Assembly: GCF_964204645.1 (NCBI RefSeq)
Contig: NC_134026.1
Coordinates: 19,750,150 to 19,814,149, forward strand
Source: Tubulanus polymorphus
Lineage: Eukaryota > Animalia > Nemertea
Length of the DNA: 64,000 nt
Direction: 5' to 3'
Of the stretch, positions 1 to 13,100 are shown piece after piece. The notes under the pieces are model-generated. The model was given only the letters and a program-made list of their open reading frames with translations, ran no database searches and had not been told where the DNA came from. The position numbers were made by a program, and so were the translations under genes. Each line of letters opens with the position of its first letter. Position 1 is the stretch's first letter.

Positions 1-2
1 CC

Positions 3-3000
3 CCACCCGCAACCGAGCACGCGACGACATCGCTCGCCAAGGAGATAACGAACACCGCGGAAGAACCGACCTCGGAGACTCGGTCACGACTAGTTGCTGA
101 AAACGCCGCAGATGAGTCCGTCGATGCAGTCGCCTCTGAGGACATCAAATCAACGGAGGGTAACATTGGGAATCGCGGCGTCGACTCTCGTTTACCGCTG
201 CAATCACCGTGCCCGTATTCGTATCCGATCACTACTCCGATTGAGAGTCCGCCGCGACTCGCCTCACCGCAGAATAATTCGTCGGAAAAAGTGGAGTATC
301 TCGACAGTAAAATCGACCGAGCGGACGTTACGACTGCGACTTTTTCGCGATCGGATGATGACGCGTTCTTTCGAGGCGATCCTCGAAAAATCAACGAACT
401 CGTCGACGTGATACGTAGCGATTCTCGAGAAGTACCGACCTGCATTCGGCCTAAAACGGCCGTTACCACAGTGACAGCCGCGACGCCCGTGCCGGCTGTA
501 TCATCGGTCGCAGCGGTGCGGATACCGCGGCCTAATAGTCTGCTTGGATTATCGAAACCGATTTTACCGAACGAAATGTCGTGTTTCGTGGAGAAGCGCG
601 ACAAAGACGGGGATGCAGCGTCCGGGGTTCGCGAAGATGTCGCGGACAGCTCGAGAACCGTCGTCTGCGTCAGAGATATTGACGATGATTCTATGCAGCC
701 GGCACCGTCGTCGTTGTCCCCGTTGCGACCCCCCGGGTTAAGCCGGCCGGCCGCGCGGCCGAATTCGTTTCCGATGCCGTCGCCGACGAACAACAAACTA
801 AAACGTCCGACGAGTTTGAATTTGATGCCGCGTGACTTCAATAGCGTTTCGGCGGCTTCCGGGAACGACGACGAATCGGGTGGCGCCGATTTATCTTCGG
901 ATCTATCTAATGATCAAACTACTCCCCCGTCATCGCAACAATTACAGCAGCAGCAGCAGCAATCTGAATCGACCCCGGACGTAGAACCAACTCCTGATAT
1001 CGATGTCATGGGTGAGTAATGTATGAGTTTGAATAAGCGATGGATGCTGACCTTATTCGATTTCAAGAAAGGCAGAGGGCAAGTGGAAGTCAACGCCGCA
1101 TGAGGCAATAGAATAGCTCTTAAAATGCACCACGATATGCCCCATGAGTCCGGGGTAGTATAAAATCTGCAAGTTTTTGAATGTCAATTTGCCCTGAAAT
1201 TTCACGGGAAAATGAAAAATATTAGACCAATACCTAAAAAGGTTTGGATTTATGATAGTCCTCTGTATTTCTGAAAATGAGACTATTTTCCCAATTAGTT
1301 TACTTTCTGGGTGCCCATTTAATTGTATTTTGGGGGTTCCCCCTCCCTGAGTCAGATTCCACCCCTGCCTGTGCACCTGTTTGTGCATGCATTATTCGAG
1401 AAGGGACTTGACTTAAATGGCAGATATGATCATACTTCAAATCAGGAATTTTGTAGGCCTAAAAATCAACCTCAACTTGGTTCGGACTTATATGGCAGTT
1501 ATTAGGGTTAAAAAGTAGCAGTATCCCGGTAAAATTTTAATACGGTACGTTCTAAACCGAGTGTTACGAACATTTTCAGGTGTTACTACGAATACAGTTC
1601 CTCCGAATGTCGGCGGACCGGGGACCAGTCCGACCGTTCCGAATCCGCCGAGTCGGATTCAGGGTATCGTCTCGCAGCTGGGTAAAGTGGCGCCGATTTG
1701 GATTCCGGATTCGGAGGCGGCGTTTTGTATGATGTGCGACGCGCGGTTCACGTTCACTCGTAGGCGTCATCATTGCCGAGCGTGCGGAAAGGTAAATACC
1801 ATCGGACAAAATATATGTTAGGGCGTGTAATCTATTTTCTTGCTAGTCGAATACTTGCAACCATGCTAGAGAAAAGCAAAGTTAACCCCTTGGTTTTTGA
1901 GCCCAGATGCCAAGCTGTAACAAAAATTGCCACGTTAATTAACCCCTCGTTATTAACCCCGGATGCCAAGCTATAACAAAAATTGCCATGATCGTCGAAT
2001 TTTGGATAGTTTTTGAAAGTTGGCTGGCTGGCTATTGAAGGTTTTGGGGGTGTCTTTACGTCTGTGTCAAGTGAAAATCATGTGAAATAACATGTAATTG
2101 AAATCCTGGGAAAATGGAAACCGGAAACGATAGAAAACTTTGGGTTGAAAGTTTGTTGTTCTATTTTTTGTAGGTATTCTGCTCATCATGTTGTAGCATG
2201 AAAATCAAGTTGCCGTACTTGGACAATAAGGAAAACCGCGTGTGTCAGATGTGTCACCAGTCATTAACGCGATCAGGTTCGTTGAATCACGTCCTCGATT
2301 ATTGTAGTTGAAACCCTTCCAGCAACGAAGCTATTACGCCTTATATAGAGGTCTTGCATGAGACATCATAGGTTGTTTGCCAACCAGTGCTGGATATTTG
2401 ACAAACATGAAACCATACGATAATCAGGGGATTCGCGAACTTTCGTCTCGTAAATCGCTTATTGCGTTTGCCGCCTGATAATGGCGCCGGTGACGGCGAA
2501 AAAGCACATGGCTGCAAGACCTCTATAATGTTGCGTGTAACTTCACAGTGCTGTGTATAACGTATGTACTGCTTTATTGCGTGTAACCCGTGCTGCGGTG
2601 TATCGTTATTTCCTAAGACTTCACAATCTTTGAACGACAGTGCTGTGGTCTTTTGATGAACTTGTTTGATATACTTATAGAAATCATCGGTACTGTTGGG
2701 AAGACGCAGTATATGGTGTGTACGTTATGCCCCGCACTGCAGGATGCAGGGGCCTGTTGCTCGAAAGTTAGAGTTTACCGGTGAATAGTTGACATAGTGA
2801 TAATCAAAACTTCATTGTTACTGTTGTATTTATCCACCGGTTACCAACCTCTGAGCAATTGGCTCCAGTTGAAGATGACTATGGTGGCTGATAAGGGCCA
2901 TAGCGTAAAATTCCTGGTATGTTAATGAGGGCGCCAGAACGCCAAAACGAAAAAAAAATGTCCAATTTTCTCTGAAAGTTTGTTTTGGCGCGCCAAAACA

Positions 3001-6000
3001 AAGAAATTTCAATTTTGGCACCCCCGCCAAAACAACGAAAAACGTCCAATTTTCTCTGAAAGTTCGTTTTGGCGCGCCAAAACGGAAAATATTCCATTTT
3101 ATATAATAAATATTCCATTCCAAAACGAACTTTCAACCACGTAAAATAATTGTATATATACGTAAAATAATTGTATATATGCAAATTTATGCAAATTACA
3201 CACAAGATCAACGCGCCAAATTGAAAAATAATTTTTACTGTGGTTGAATGCTTGTTTAACCGCGCCAAGATGGAATTTTCATTGTTTTGGCGTGCCAAAA
3301 CCAACTTTCAGAGAAATTTCAACAGTTTTCGTTGTTTTGGCGGGAGCGCCAAAACATAAGTTCGTTTTGGCGGGGGGCGCCAAAACGTAAGTTCATTTTG
3401 GCGGGGGCGCCAAAACGAACTTTCAGAGAAAATTGGACGTTTTTCGTTGTTTTGGCGGGGGCGCCAAAACGGAATTTTCTTTGTTTTGGCGCGCCAAAAC
3501 AAACTTTCAGAGAAAATTGGACGTTTTTTTTCGTTTTGGCGTTCTGGCGCCCTCATTAACATACCAGGAATTTTACGCTATGGCTTTATCAGCCACCATA
3601 GATGACTGATTGGTTCAAGAAAATATTGATTTCATTACGAATTGAATACCAAGCATGCATACTTTAGAAAATTTGGTCATTAGAGAAAAGAAAGCTCAGA
3701 AATTTTCGTGGCCACTTGCGTAGCTCGTCTGAAAAAAAATTGGCTAATTTGTCATGTATGATTTGGATTTATTAAAAGATGACTCGGACAATTTGGCTAG
3801 CGAAGACTCGCAACGTCAAGGTAATGAATCCGTTATCTCGGTTATGCCAGCATGATTGACGATTAATTAACAGATATTCATTGATTGATTCGTTAATTGA
3901 TTTGATGAACTAATTAAATAAAGATCTCGTCCATGATGATTGTGATGAAGATGATGATAACGACAACAATGTCGTTCGCAATACCGACAGGGTTCATACT
4001 TAATTGATTCCTTGAGAAATCCTCTAAATTGAAAAATTATTTTGAAACTCCTTTTTTTCGGATTTAAAACATTTTCATTAGTCCATGTCTTTCTGTCTAC
4101 GCACCCAGTGCATAATACAAATTACCCATTAACCGCAATCGCACAAGTGCTCTTTACCCGGGCCAAAAAGCTTTCGATCCCCCAAAGAAATCAGAAAATT
4201 AAGCTTAGTTTTGGTGTATTTCAAAGCAATTATCAGCATTGATAGAATATTGACATCCACTCTGGTAGGGGCTGTAGATATTTTATAAGGGGTGGCTGAT
4301 TTTCAGAGGGTTGTGGATGTAAAAATGAAAGTGGTCGACACCCCTTTATAACCTATTGCGGAGAACACTAGTTATGGGGGTACGCCCCTCAAAATTTTTG
4401 TGACCTGAATCTGCGCCTGGATTGCATTTGATGTTAACAAGCGAGTGATATACCGGTACATGTGAACACACTCTGATTAAATAGATTTGCAAAGCTGGAC
4501 CAAATTGTTGCAATTGCGGCATTTGTTTCCGGAAAATAGCACAGAGATATTATTTCAACATTCGCTTATGTTGATTAGTCCTGCTGATTGATTGTGCGAT
4601 TTGTCCATTTTCTTAACCGACCGTTGTGTACCTTTTCGGATTTCGATATTTTCTACATCCTAAAATTCTTGAATACCGATTCTGCAGTAGTAGTATGAAC
4701 CCTGAATAATCGGAAATCAAATTTCGAAAGAAGAGATAAACATATATCAGTGAAAAACGTCGATTTCTGATGAATACTTAGTTCTCAATCTTGTGCATGG
4801 TGGGAAACGGGGTCTCAGCATAATCAAATAGTATAATATCATTATCACTACTATAATTCTAATATTTCGACTGGAAGTCTATCAGAACATCGTATATTTT
4901 CATAGCATGAGGAAATTCTCTTGATTATATCGGCTTTAATAACGTAAAATAAGAAGACCCGCAATTTAATTTTCTTTTTTGGGGGGGGCAAAGGGATAAT
5001 TTTGAAGTATTTATGGAAACCTACTACAACACTCACTAAACTAACATACCGCTATCTAGTAGGCTAATTGGATAAAATCATTGAAAATATTAAGAAAAAA
5101 AGGATCTTCATCATGAAACTTCGTCGCTTCGATGCAGATTGTATTTCTTAAACTAAATATGAGGATAAGCGATGTATGCCCCCTAACCGAGAGTGGTGTC
5201 ACGGACTTGTGGTGGCCATCTTCCGTCAGCTGGGATTTGAACCACGCCGCATAGGTCGGGGATTTGAAAAATTTTACAACAAACCTGGAAAATGTTTTAT
5301 TGATCACGTGTGTCTTAATCGATACGTGATTCATGAAAGGAGGAATACATTGTAACATCTTAAAGCAAGAAATTCCTCGGATTTTGTTTTACAACAAGGG
5401 AATACTCAGGGCCCGGTTTTATAGACTAGTATTACCTTTAACCTGTAGGCTAACTTAGTTTATTTTCAATTGAGTTAACCCCCAGGTTAAAGGTAATACC
5501 AGTCTATAAAACCGGGCCCAGGTCTCTTGTTAATTCGCGGAAAATGGCCTCTGGTCCAGTTGTAGCCACTGGGTGTAAATGGTTCATCTATATTTTTAGA
5601 AATGACAAGCTAATTAATAGGAGTGTCACTGATCATATTAATATTGCAGTTGACACTGAAGATAATACTCACAAAGATTACTCAAAGAAACTCGCGTTTG
5701 GTTAGACTATTAACAATAATCTCGTTTTAATCCTTATATGAAATAGATATATATATTCGTGTTGAGAACATTAGAAACACCTATATTCATATGATTCTAA
5801 TCCTACCTACATAAAACAAAATGATTTGCACCAAAAAAATATCCTTTGGATTCGAGTAATTATTTTTAAAGTCTTCGTAACTCAATTTCGTAATTTCCTC
5901 ATGCTTCGAACAGCCATCCCCGCCGAACAAAGCTATGGATTTTTTCTCTTGTGGATATGAAATCTATAATGATCGATTATCACCATATTGAATTGATCAC

Positions 6001-7009
6001 TGCTCGTATTACCCGCCCCCTTCCCAGTCCCCCTTTAGTTATCCATACAATAATGGGAGTCAGTTCCACAGTTTAAAGCCTAACATAACAGACTTCACAA
6101 ATTTCATCAGCAGATCAATTTTCGCCAAATTTTGCATAGTGCGCCAGTTAACGGGACGTAAATTTTCTATTCAGCAAATTGATTCGCATGAATTGGAGAT
6201 TATCCCTTTCAGTGCTGACTAGTTAATACCTTAAAGTGCTGGAGATAATATAAAAGGTTTTTTAGAATTCAACCCCAGTGCATTGAATAGTGGGCATACT
6301 GCTTATATGTGTCTACACGGCGGTGCGGTGTATCATTAGTTTCTAATGTTTAACTTTGTTTGACAGTAGCTGCCCTCTTTTCATTAGAGATCGAAACTAA
6401 TTAACAAATACATCTCTGCACTGCGATGCGTTGTACTATCAAAGTCCATGGCCGATTTATTCACCCCACTGCGGTGTAGACGCGCTGAAAGATCAGCTAA
6501 TCAGTTAATCGGCAATTGCAAATTTTGCCCAGTTGTCACCGCCGAATAATAGGATGTTTTAGTTTCATGCTTACGTTCTTCAATAATTTTCGAAGTTGAT
6601 CACACTGATCATTCAATTGAAACAACGTATGTGAACACATCTCGAAAAACCGAAAACTGGCTCCCGCGGGTCGTAGAAAAGAAATTTGTCGATTCTCCTA
6701 GCCGTGAAAGTAGTAAGCGGGGATGGTTCGAGACGTCGTCCTGTTTATGATTATGTACACACATCTATACGTATTACGATCTCGTGTCATGGCTTACTAC
6801 TGCTTCGTCTGAGCTTTGCTTGCCGCTGCTTTACAGGCCAGACGAGTTCTTCTACGAGTCCCAATCCAAATAATCCCAGCGAATATTGTTCGACAATCCC
6901 ACCTCTGCAGCAAGCTCAAGCCAACGCAAATTCGCCTCCACCTACCGTCATGGTGCCAGTAGGTGTGCTCAAGAGGGAAGGTAAGATGCATGATTCTCTC
7001 TCCTCTTTC

Positions 7010-7100
<91 letters not shown>

Positions 7101-10100
7101 ATATTTGAACCTGGTTTATGAAAACTTTGTTTTTTTGTCATTTCGTGAGAAAGAAAATATCTGACGGTCACCTAAATTATCAGAAACTGGCTGAGGGATG
7201 ACACGCATTATATACAGGACTAGGAACTTATGAATTTAAGTAAATTCTGTTTTTTAATGTTCTAAAGATCAAAAATACTTTTATTTACCTTTTGACTACC
7301 ATTCTTTGCCCAATACAATGTGGTGCTCTCTCTAGATATTTAATCGTGGTCTCTTGAATCGGGGTAGGGTGACCGTCCTTTTTTACGACGCAAAAAGAAT
7401 TCGATTGATGAAGTGCAAACTAGCAATCACGTAAGCCAGGTTCACGATGGATCATTTAGCGCGACTGATTTATCTGTTAATTACTATCGATAGTACATCC
7501 AACTGGGAGCAATGATTCTCTCCCAATATCAAACATCCATCAAATCAATTAAATACAGTCAGTGCCACAATATCGATGAGAGACATCGCGAAATTCAAAA
7601 GTTTATATAGAAATTTCGTCATGTCATCGTCTATTTATTCCGAACGTATTTATTTTGCCCGTTAACAAAAAAAGAATTTGGCGAGAATTTCGAAATGTTT
7701 CGACTCCTCAATAATCCGTTATTCTTTTTTAATTTCGTTCCAATGCGTTTGCTAAAACATGTTTGTTTTTTGCGTTGAGGTTTCGTTACTTAACTGATGT
7801 CTACATTTGAATCTCGAATTAAGCACTTCTTCAGAGTCTATTCTTGCTGTTAGTTTTATCGGCTGTTAGAAATCGGTCATCCTGGTTCTGTAGCGAGTCT
7901 TACCCCGATTTGGTTCTACAGCCTATAGTTAGTCTTAAGACCTGGCCTGTCGGTCCTAAGATGGTCATTGATCTCAGACCACTTTATAATTTGCCATGTA
8001 ACTGTGCCAAATGGCGTATCAGTCCTACTATAAGTGACCATTCTTGGGTATATACTCTAGGTCCCTATTGCTCAATACTAGGATCCTCATAATAGGTAGA
8101 TTGTGTGTTGGTATTATGATATTTTTTTTGCATGAATTGTGGATTTCACTTCTAACTTGTTCAACTATAGCAAATTTCTGTTTGTTTGCAATATGCGCAA
8201 AACTGTGTCCTCCATCATTTTTAAAATGACTCCTTGTCGAGGATCAATTTTAATTCATTCTCGATACCGATCGATAAGCAAAAATAGAGGTAACTGAGTG
8301 AGGGTGTTGTGCGACTAACAAAATCAGCTGAACTGAATTTGTGTTTGGGCCCATTGAAATAAACTATGTCTCTAGTTTTTGTTGAATGAAAAAATTGTAT
8401 TTGAAAATGAAAATTGAATGTACATAGTGCACAGCTTTCAGATCATTAAAATCATATTTTCCTGGTTCATTGAAATAAGACCTGTATATAATTCAATTGC
8501 TATCATTTCGAAAATATCTACCATCACGAATAAGTATGGTACGGCTAGTTTCTCCGATGCCGTTTTGATAGAGGATTTCCTTGTTTCCGAAAAAAAAATA
8601 ACGAGTATTGATTAAAAAAGGAATTTCAAGCAATCGAAACTAAATGATTTCAAACGTCTGGTCTGACAATAGGAAGCATGAAACGCGGCGAACCGAAGAA
8701 CGTGATGTTTTCCGATGGTATTCGACCGGGAGGTGACCTCACCGAACTGGACGGTTCATCCGAAGTCAGTATACCCGTGCGCAAAGCGGGACGATCGGCG
8801 CGCAAAGTCGAGAAATCGTTGCCGGACGGAGCTGGTGAGTATGTCGTGCTCAACTGGACACTTGTATTTTTACGGACTCAAAGATTTTGGCCGTTTCTTC
8901 CGAATGCGGTTCCATATTTGCAAGTTGCTGTTCCAGTTGATGGTAGAAGTTCATTTCAGTCTTTGATATATCTGGGCCGAGCTGCACAGTCATGACTAAA
9001 CCCGTTCAATGCCGATGAATTGATACCCTGAAGTGCTGGGCCCAGTTTCACAAAAGGTTTAACCTCTGCATTAATTCAGTTTACCTTCAATCGACTTAAG
9101 CCTTAATCCTTTTTGTGTAACTGGGCCCTGGTGATAATTTGAAAATTTTTGAAAAAATTCCACCCCAGCGCATTGAATAACAGGCAATACCGCCATAATG
9201 CATCATGGGGTGTATTGTTATTTACTAACATTTAACTGTGTTTGACAAGTGTCGCCATCTTTTATTAGAGATAATGATTAGCAATTACATCAATACACGG
9301 TGATGCGGTGTACTAGCGAAGTCCATCACCGATTTATACACTATAGTGAAGATGCACTGAAAAGGGTTAAAGTTGAAAAGTTGTCTCAAATCTTAAGACT
9401 TGTTTTAAGTTATTAGATTGGTTATAGAAATAATTTGGTCTTAGACTGGTCTTAAATATAAGCCATGACTGTGCATTTGGTCCGTGAAGTCAATTTCAAA
9501 CCCAGAACTGATAATATAAGCATAATCCCTATTCACTGTAATTAATTCTCTGTGATATGTTTGGCCGTAAGATAAACTGTGGATGTACAAGCTGGAGAGG
9601 ACATTCTTTCCTCATTTGAAGAGAGAAGCTAGCGGGCTCTCTTCCAGGAAGAGAAATCCTAGAATCAGTGCACATCTATTCAGCGCACACTTGCCAACAG
9701 TACAAAGGACTATTTCAATCTTGATGAACAGTGCCTCAGACCTCTCTAGTTCGTACGTCCATGGATAAACCAATAATTGGACAATATATTTCGGCTCTTC
9801 TGCATCACCCATCATAAAATTGGTTCACAGTTCCCGCAGTCCCCGGAAATCGGGAAAAAATTAGGAATTTTCCCAAATTGGAAATATTAGTGAATTTAAT
9901 CGATTCTCCCTAAACCCGGATAATATGATGGTTTATGCCGAAAATTGGAGAATCATGATGAAATACATGAGAAAAAACATTCAATTACGAACTCGTGTAA
10001 CTGCGGGAACCGTGAATGAAGGCTGATGATGGTCCACCTTGAATGAGCCGAAACATTGTGGTGTCGATGAACTCTTCAAATCCTTAACTATTTACGTGAG

Positions 10101-13100
10101 ATTTTTCGCTTTCTATATAGAAGTTAGATATATTCTAACGAGATGTTTTACACGACGAACACTTAAAATGCCTTAGTGAATGGGGTACCGGCACTCCCTG
10201 AATGGCGCCACAAAACACTGGGTTACTCGTAGTCAAAATCAGTTCTTTAAATTTGATTTTTAGGCTTAAAAATCTGAGTAATAAAACCAGTCATCGGATA
10301 GATATAAGATTCCCTTTCTCACTCAGTACACGGGCACCAAAGACAAACTTTTTGGCACTTCCATTCAACAGAGATACCATATGGACGTAGTATGTTTACA
10401 TAGTATTGTATTGATTTCACTGAAAATTGATTTATTAATGAGAAAAGTTGACTGGAATTAAATTGAAACGTAGAAGGAATTTGAAGCACGGTTACCCAGT
10501 GCCACTGGCAATCCCGCCGTAGACATTCCACACGCCATCAACAACAATTCAAATTCGCATTCTAATCGCGCAATCCTTCCTTATGATTCCGAAATGTTGA
10601 TCACGTTTCTTTTTGAAATGATTCGCCTGCAGCCTCCGATGCCGGTGCCGTTCGCACAAAGACCAAGAAACTTCCGGAGACCGATCGTAACGTGTGTCTG
10701 ATACCTGATAGTGGGTTACCTCCAGTTTTACTCTCCGATCGAGGTTTGTCTGCAATGCACTTTTCTACATATATTTTACGTGTTGTATGATGTACGTGCC
10801 GGATAGTTCGCATGTACGGTGAAACCTCTCTATAGTGAATGCTCTCGGTTCCGAATAAAACATTTTTTTAAAGTGTTCTCGATAGGTACAGACAAAAGCT
10901 GCAATCACACAAGTTTTTGGCCCGAGTCAAATTTTGCCTGTGTTAGATTAGTATTCTCGGGTGCCAAATGGACCAAATTGACCAGGCCCGAGCCAAATTT
11001 TAGGACGTGGGTTTACATGTGAACGCGCTCTCCAATTAGGCACAGAATATTTGTCTCGGGTCTGATCCGGGCCAAATCATCATCTACATATGATCACGGC
11101 TTATGAAGTAACTCCTTGTGACATCCTTGTAATTCAACTATACAGTGGCAATTTCTATCAATCGCTGGTCTGTCAACCGCTAGTAACATACGGTCTCTTT
11201 TTGTGTTTAAGAATTTGATTATACTTATGAATTAAACATCATTGATCCACTATTTACTATAGAGCCCGCCGCACATGGCATAATATTTGTTTCACCAATA
11301 AAGAAAACACATTTTTCACAGTTTTATCCGCAAACGATAAAACGTTCAACGCACACGGTATAACAAAAACTCGCAGAAAACATTTCTTACACCATGGAAT
11401 CCAGTGAGCCAACGATTCAGTTATTCGCATCAATTTTTGTATATGCCATGTGATGCAGTGATGCTCCCTGATTGGTTATTCCGCCGTGGATGTTCGGAAA
11501 AACACAAAACGTCCACCGCACACGGGACAAAAACAGTTTTCGACGATACAAAACTTTTTTCCGCTTTGAGCAGGGCTTGTTTCGTGAAGAACGTTTATAT
11601 GTTCAGCGTTTTGTGTTTTGACTCCAACGCATGCTGCGTAACTAGAAATACCGAAAACGTTTTTTTTTTGCGTTTGGCTTTCGGTGGAGAAACATTTGGT
11701 ACCTTAGGAAGTGTTCACTATTCGCTATAGAGAGGTACATTATGTATGCGAAAAGTATAGAAAAATTTTGATTCGAACAAAATGGGTTCATTTGACGGAG
11801 GTGTTCACTATAGGGAGGTGTTCGTTGATGGAGGTTTCACTGCCAACTACGAAATACTTTAGCTTCTATCAGATTAGACCAAAATCCCGATTAGATTGAT
11901 CTGGATTTAGCAGGTTTGAGTATATATAGCTTGCATGAGGATTATTGTTTTTGCGGGTATCACATCTATCTCCGGTAGTTATGATAATGCTTTTTTCATC
12001 TTGTCACTAACGCATGTACTGCACCCATAGTTCTAGTTCGCGTGCCACAGCTATCCTAAGACGAGGTCAATTTGTGAAAATATGGAGAGATTTTGAAGAC
12101 GGTTTATCAGCTGATGTGTTTCCATATTACCGCCCCCTGTAACCCTTGGTCCAGTTTTAAGGCGGGCGTAGGTCGGCCTTGCGACAGCTTGCGACTCACT
12201 GCGAAGCAATTCACTGCGACCGCCAGCGACGATCGCGTTGCAACGACTCACCGGCCTACGCTACCTTGCGACTGCCAGCGACGCTAGTTGCAATGAGTCG
12301 CACATGTTCTACTTTCTGCGACGCGACTGTCGCAACCGACCTGCGTGCTGTTGCGACTGGCAGCAACTAGTCGCATTCAGTCGCTGACATCCGCATCGCA
12401 ACCGACTTGCGCGGCCACTTGTGAAGCAACGCGACGATCGCTTTGCATCGCAAGGCCGACCTACGCCCGGCTTTAGAGTGGCTAAGTCAAAAATGGACTT
12501 TGATTTGTTTGATTGGTTTAATATTGGGTCAATATTGGCTTAGCCTCGTCATATTTTGAATCCCAATGGTTTTTGTATTTGTTTGAATATCATTCATAGC
12601 CCTTTAAAAATGGTAAAATGCACTGGTGAAATGGACAGTAAACCTTGCGCACGTCGGATTGGCGAACGTCGTATAATCGCTTATATCGGATGAATATTGA
12701 AAAGAAATTGTGAAATAAAAAATCTATCAAATCACTCAACAATGACTTGGGCTATTTTTACTGTTCCTGGCTTGAAATCGATGATACAAGTCAACAGTCG
12801 TGATTTTAGTCGTCGTTATTGTATTAGATAGACAAATATGCTCAAAATATTTCGACATTTTTAAATGATTTCTTGTAGATGTTGATTAAGTACCGGTAGT
12901 TCTGTTAACAGAAATTAATTCTGAAGTCGTAGTTTTCAGAAAAAGGCTTGAAATTCGACTATTCAGAGGACCTTTCCGATCCAACTTCTGATCCAACTTC
13001 CAAACCAACTTCCGATCCAACTTCCGTAAGGTTTACTGTACTTGCCGTTGGGTAGTTGTGTCATCACTTAAACAATTTCATTTATCCTTACATAGTCTTT

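Noticed and set aside
2830-3562. Repetitive ORFs ([13 protein letters not shown])
   Set aside because: Products of the foldback element's internal repeats; no transposase motifs.
6686-7171. ORFs with IYIYIY runs
   Set aside because: Translation of the (TA)n microsatellite; only 6837-6980 is a real exon.
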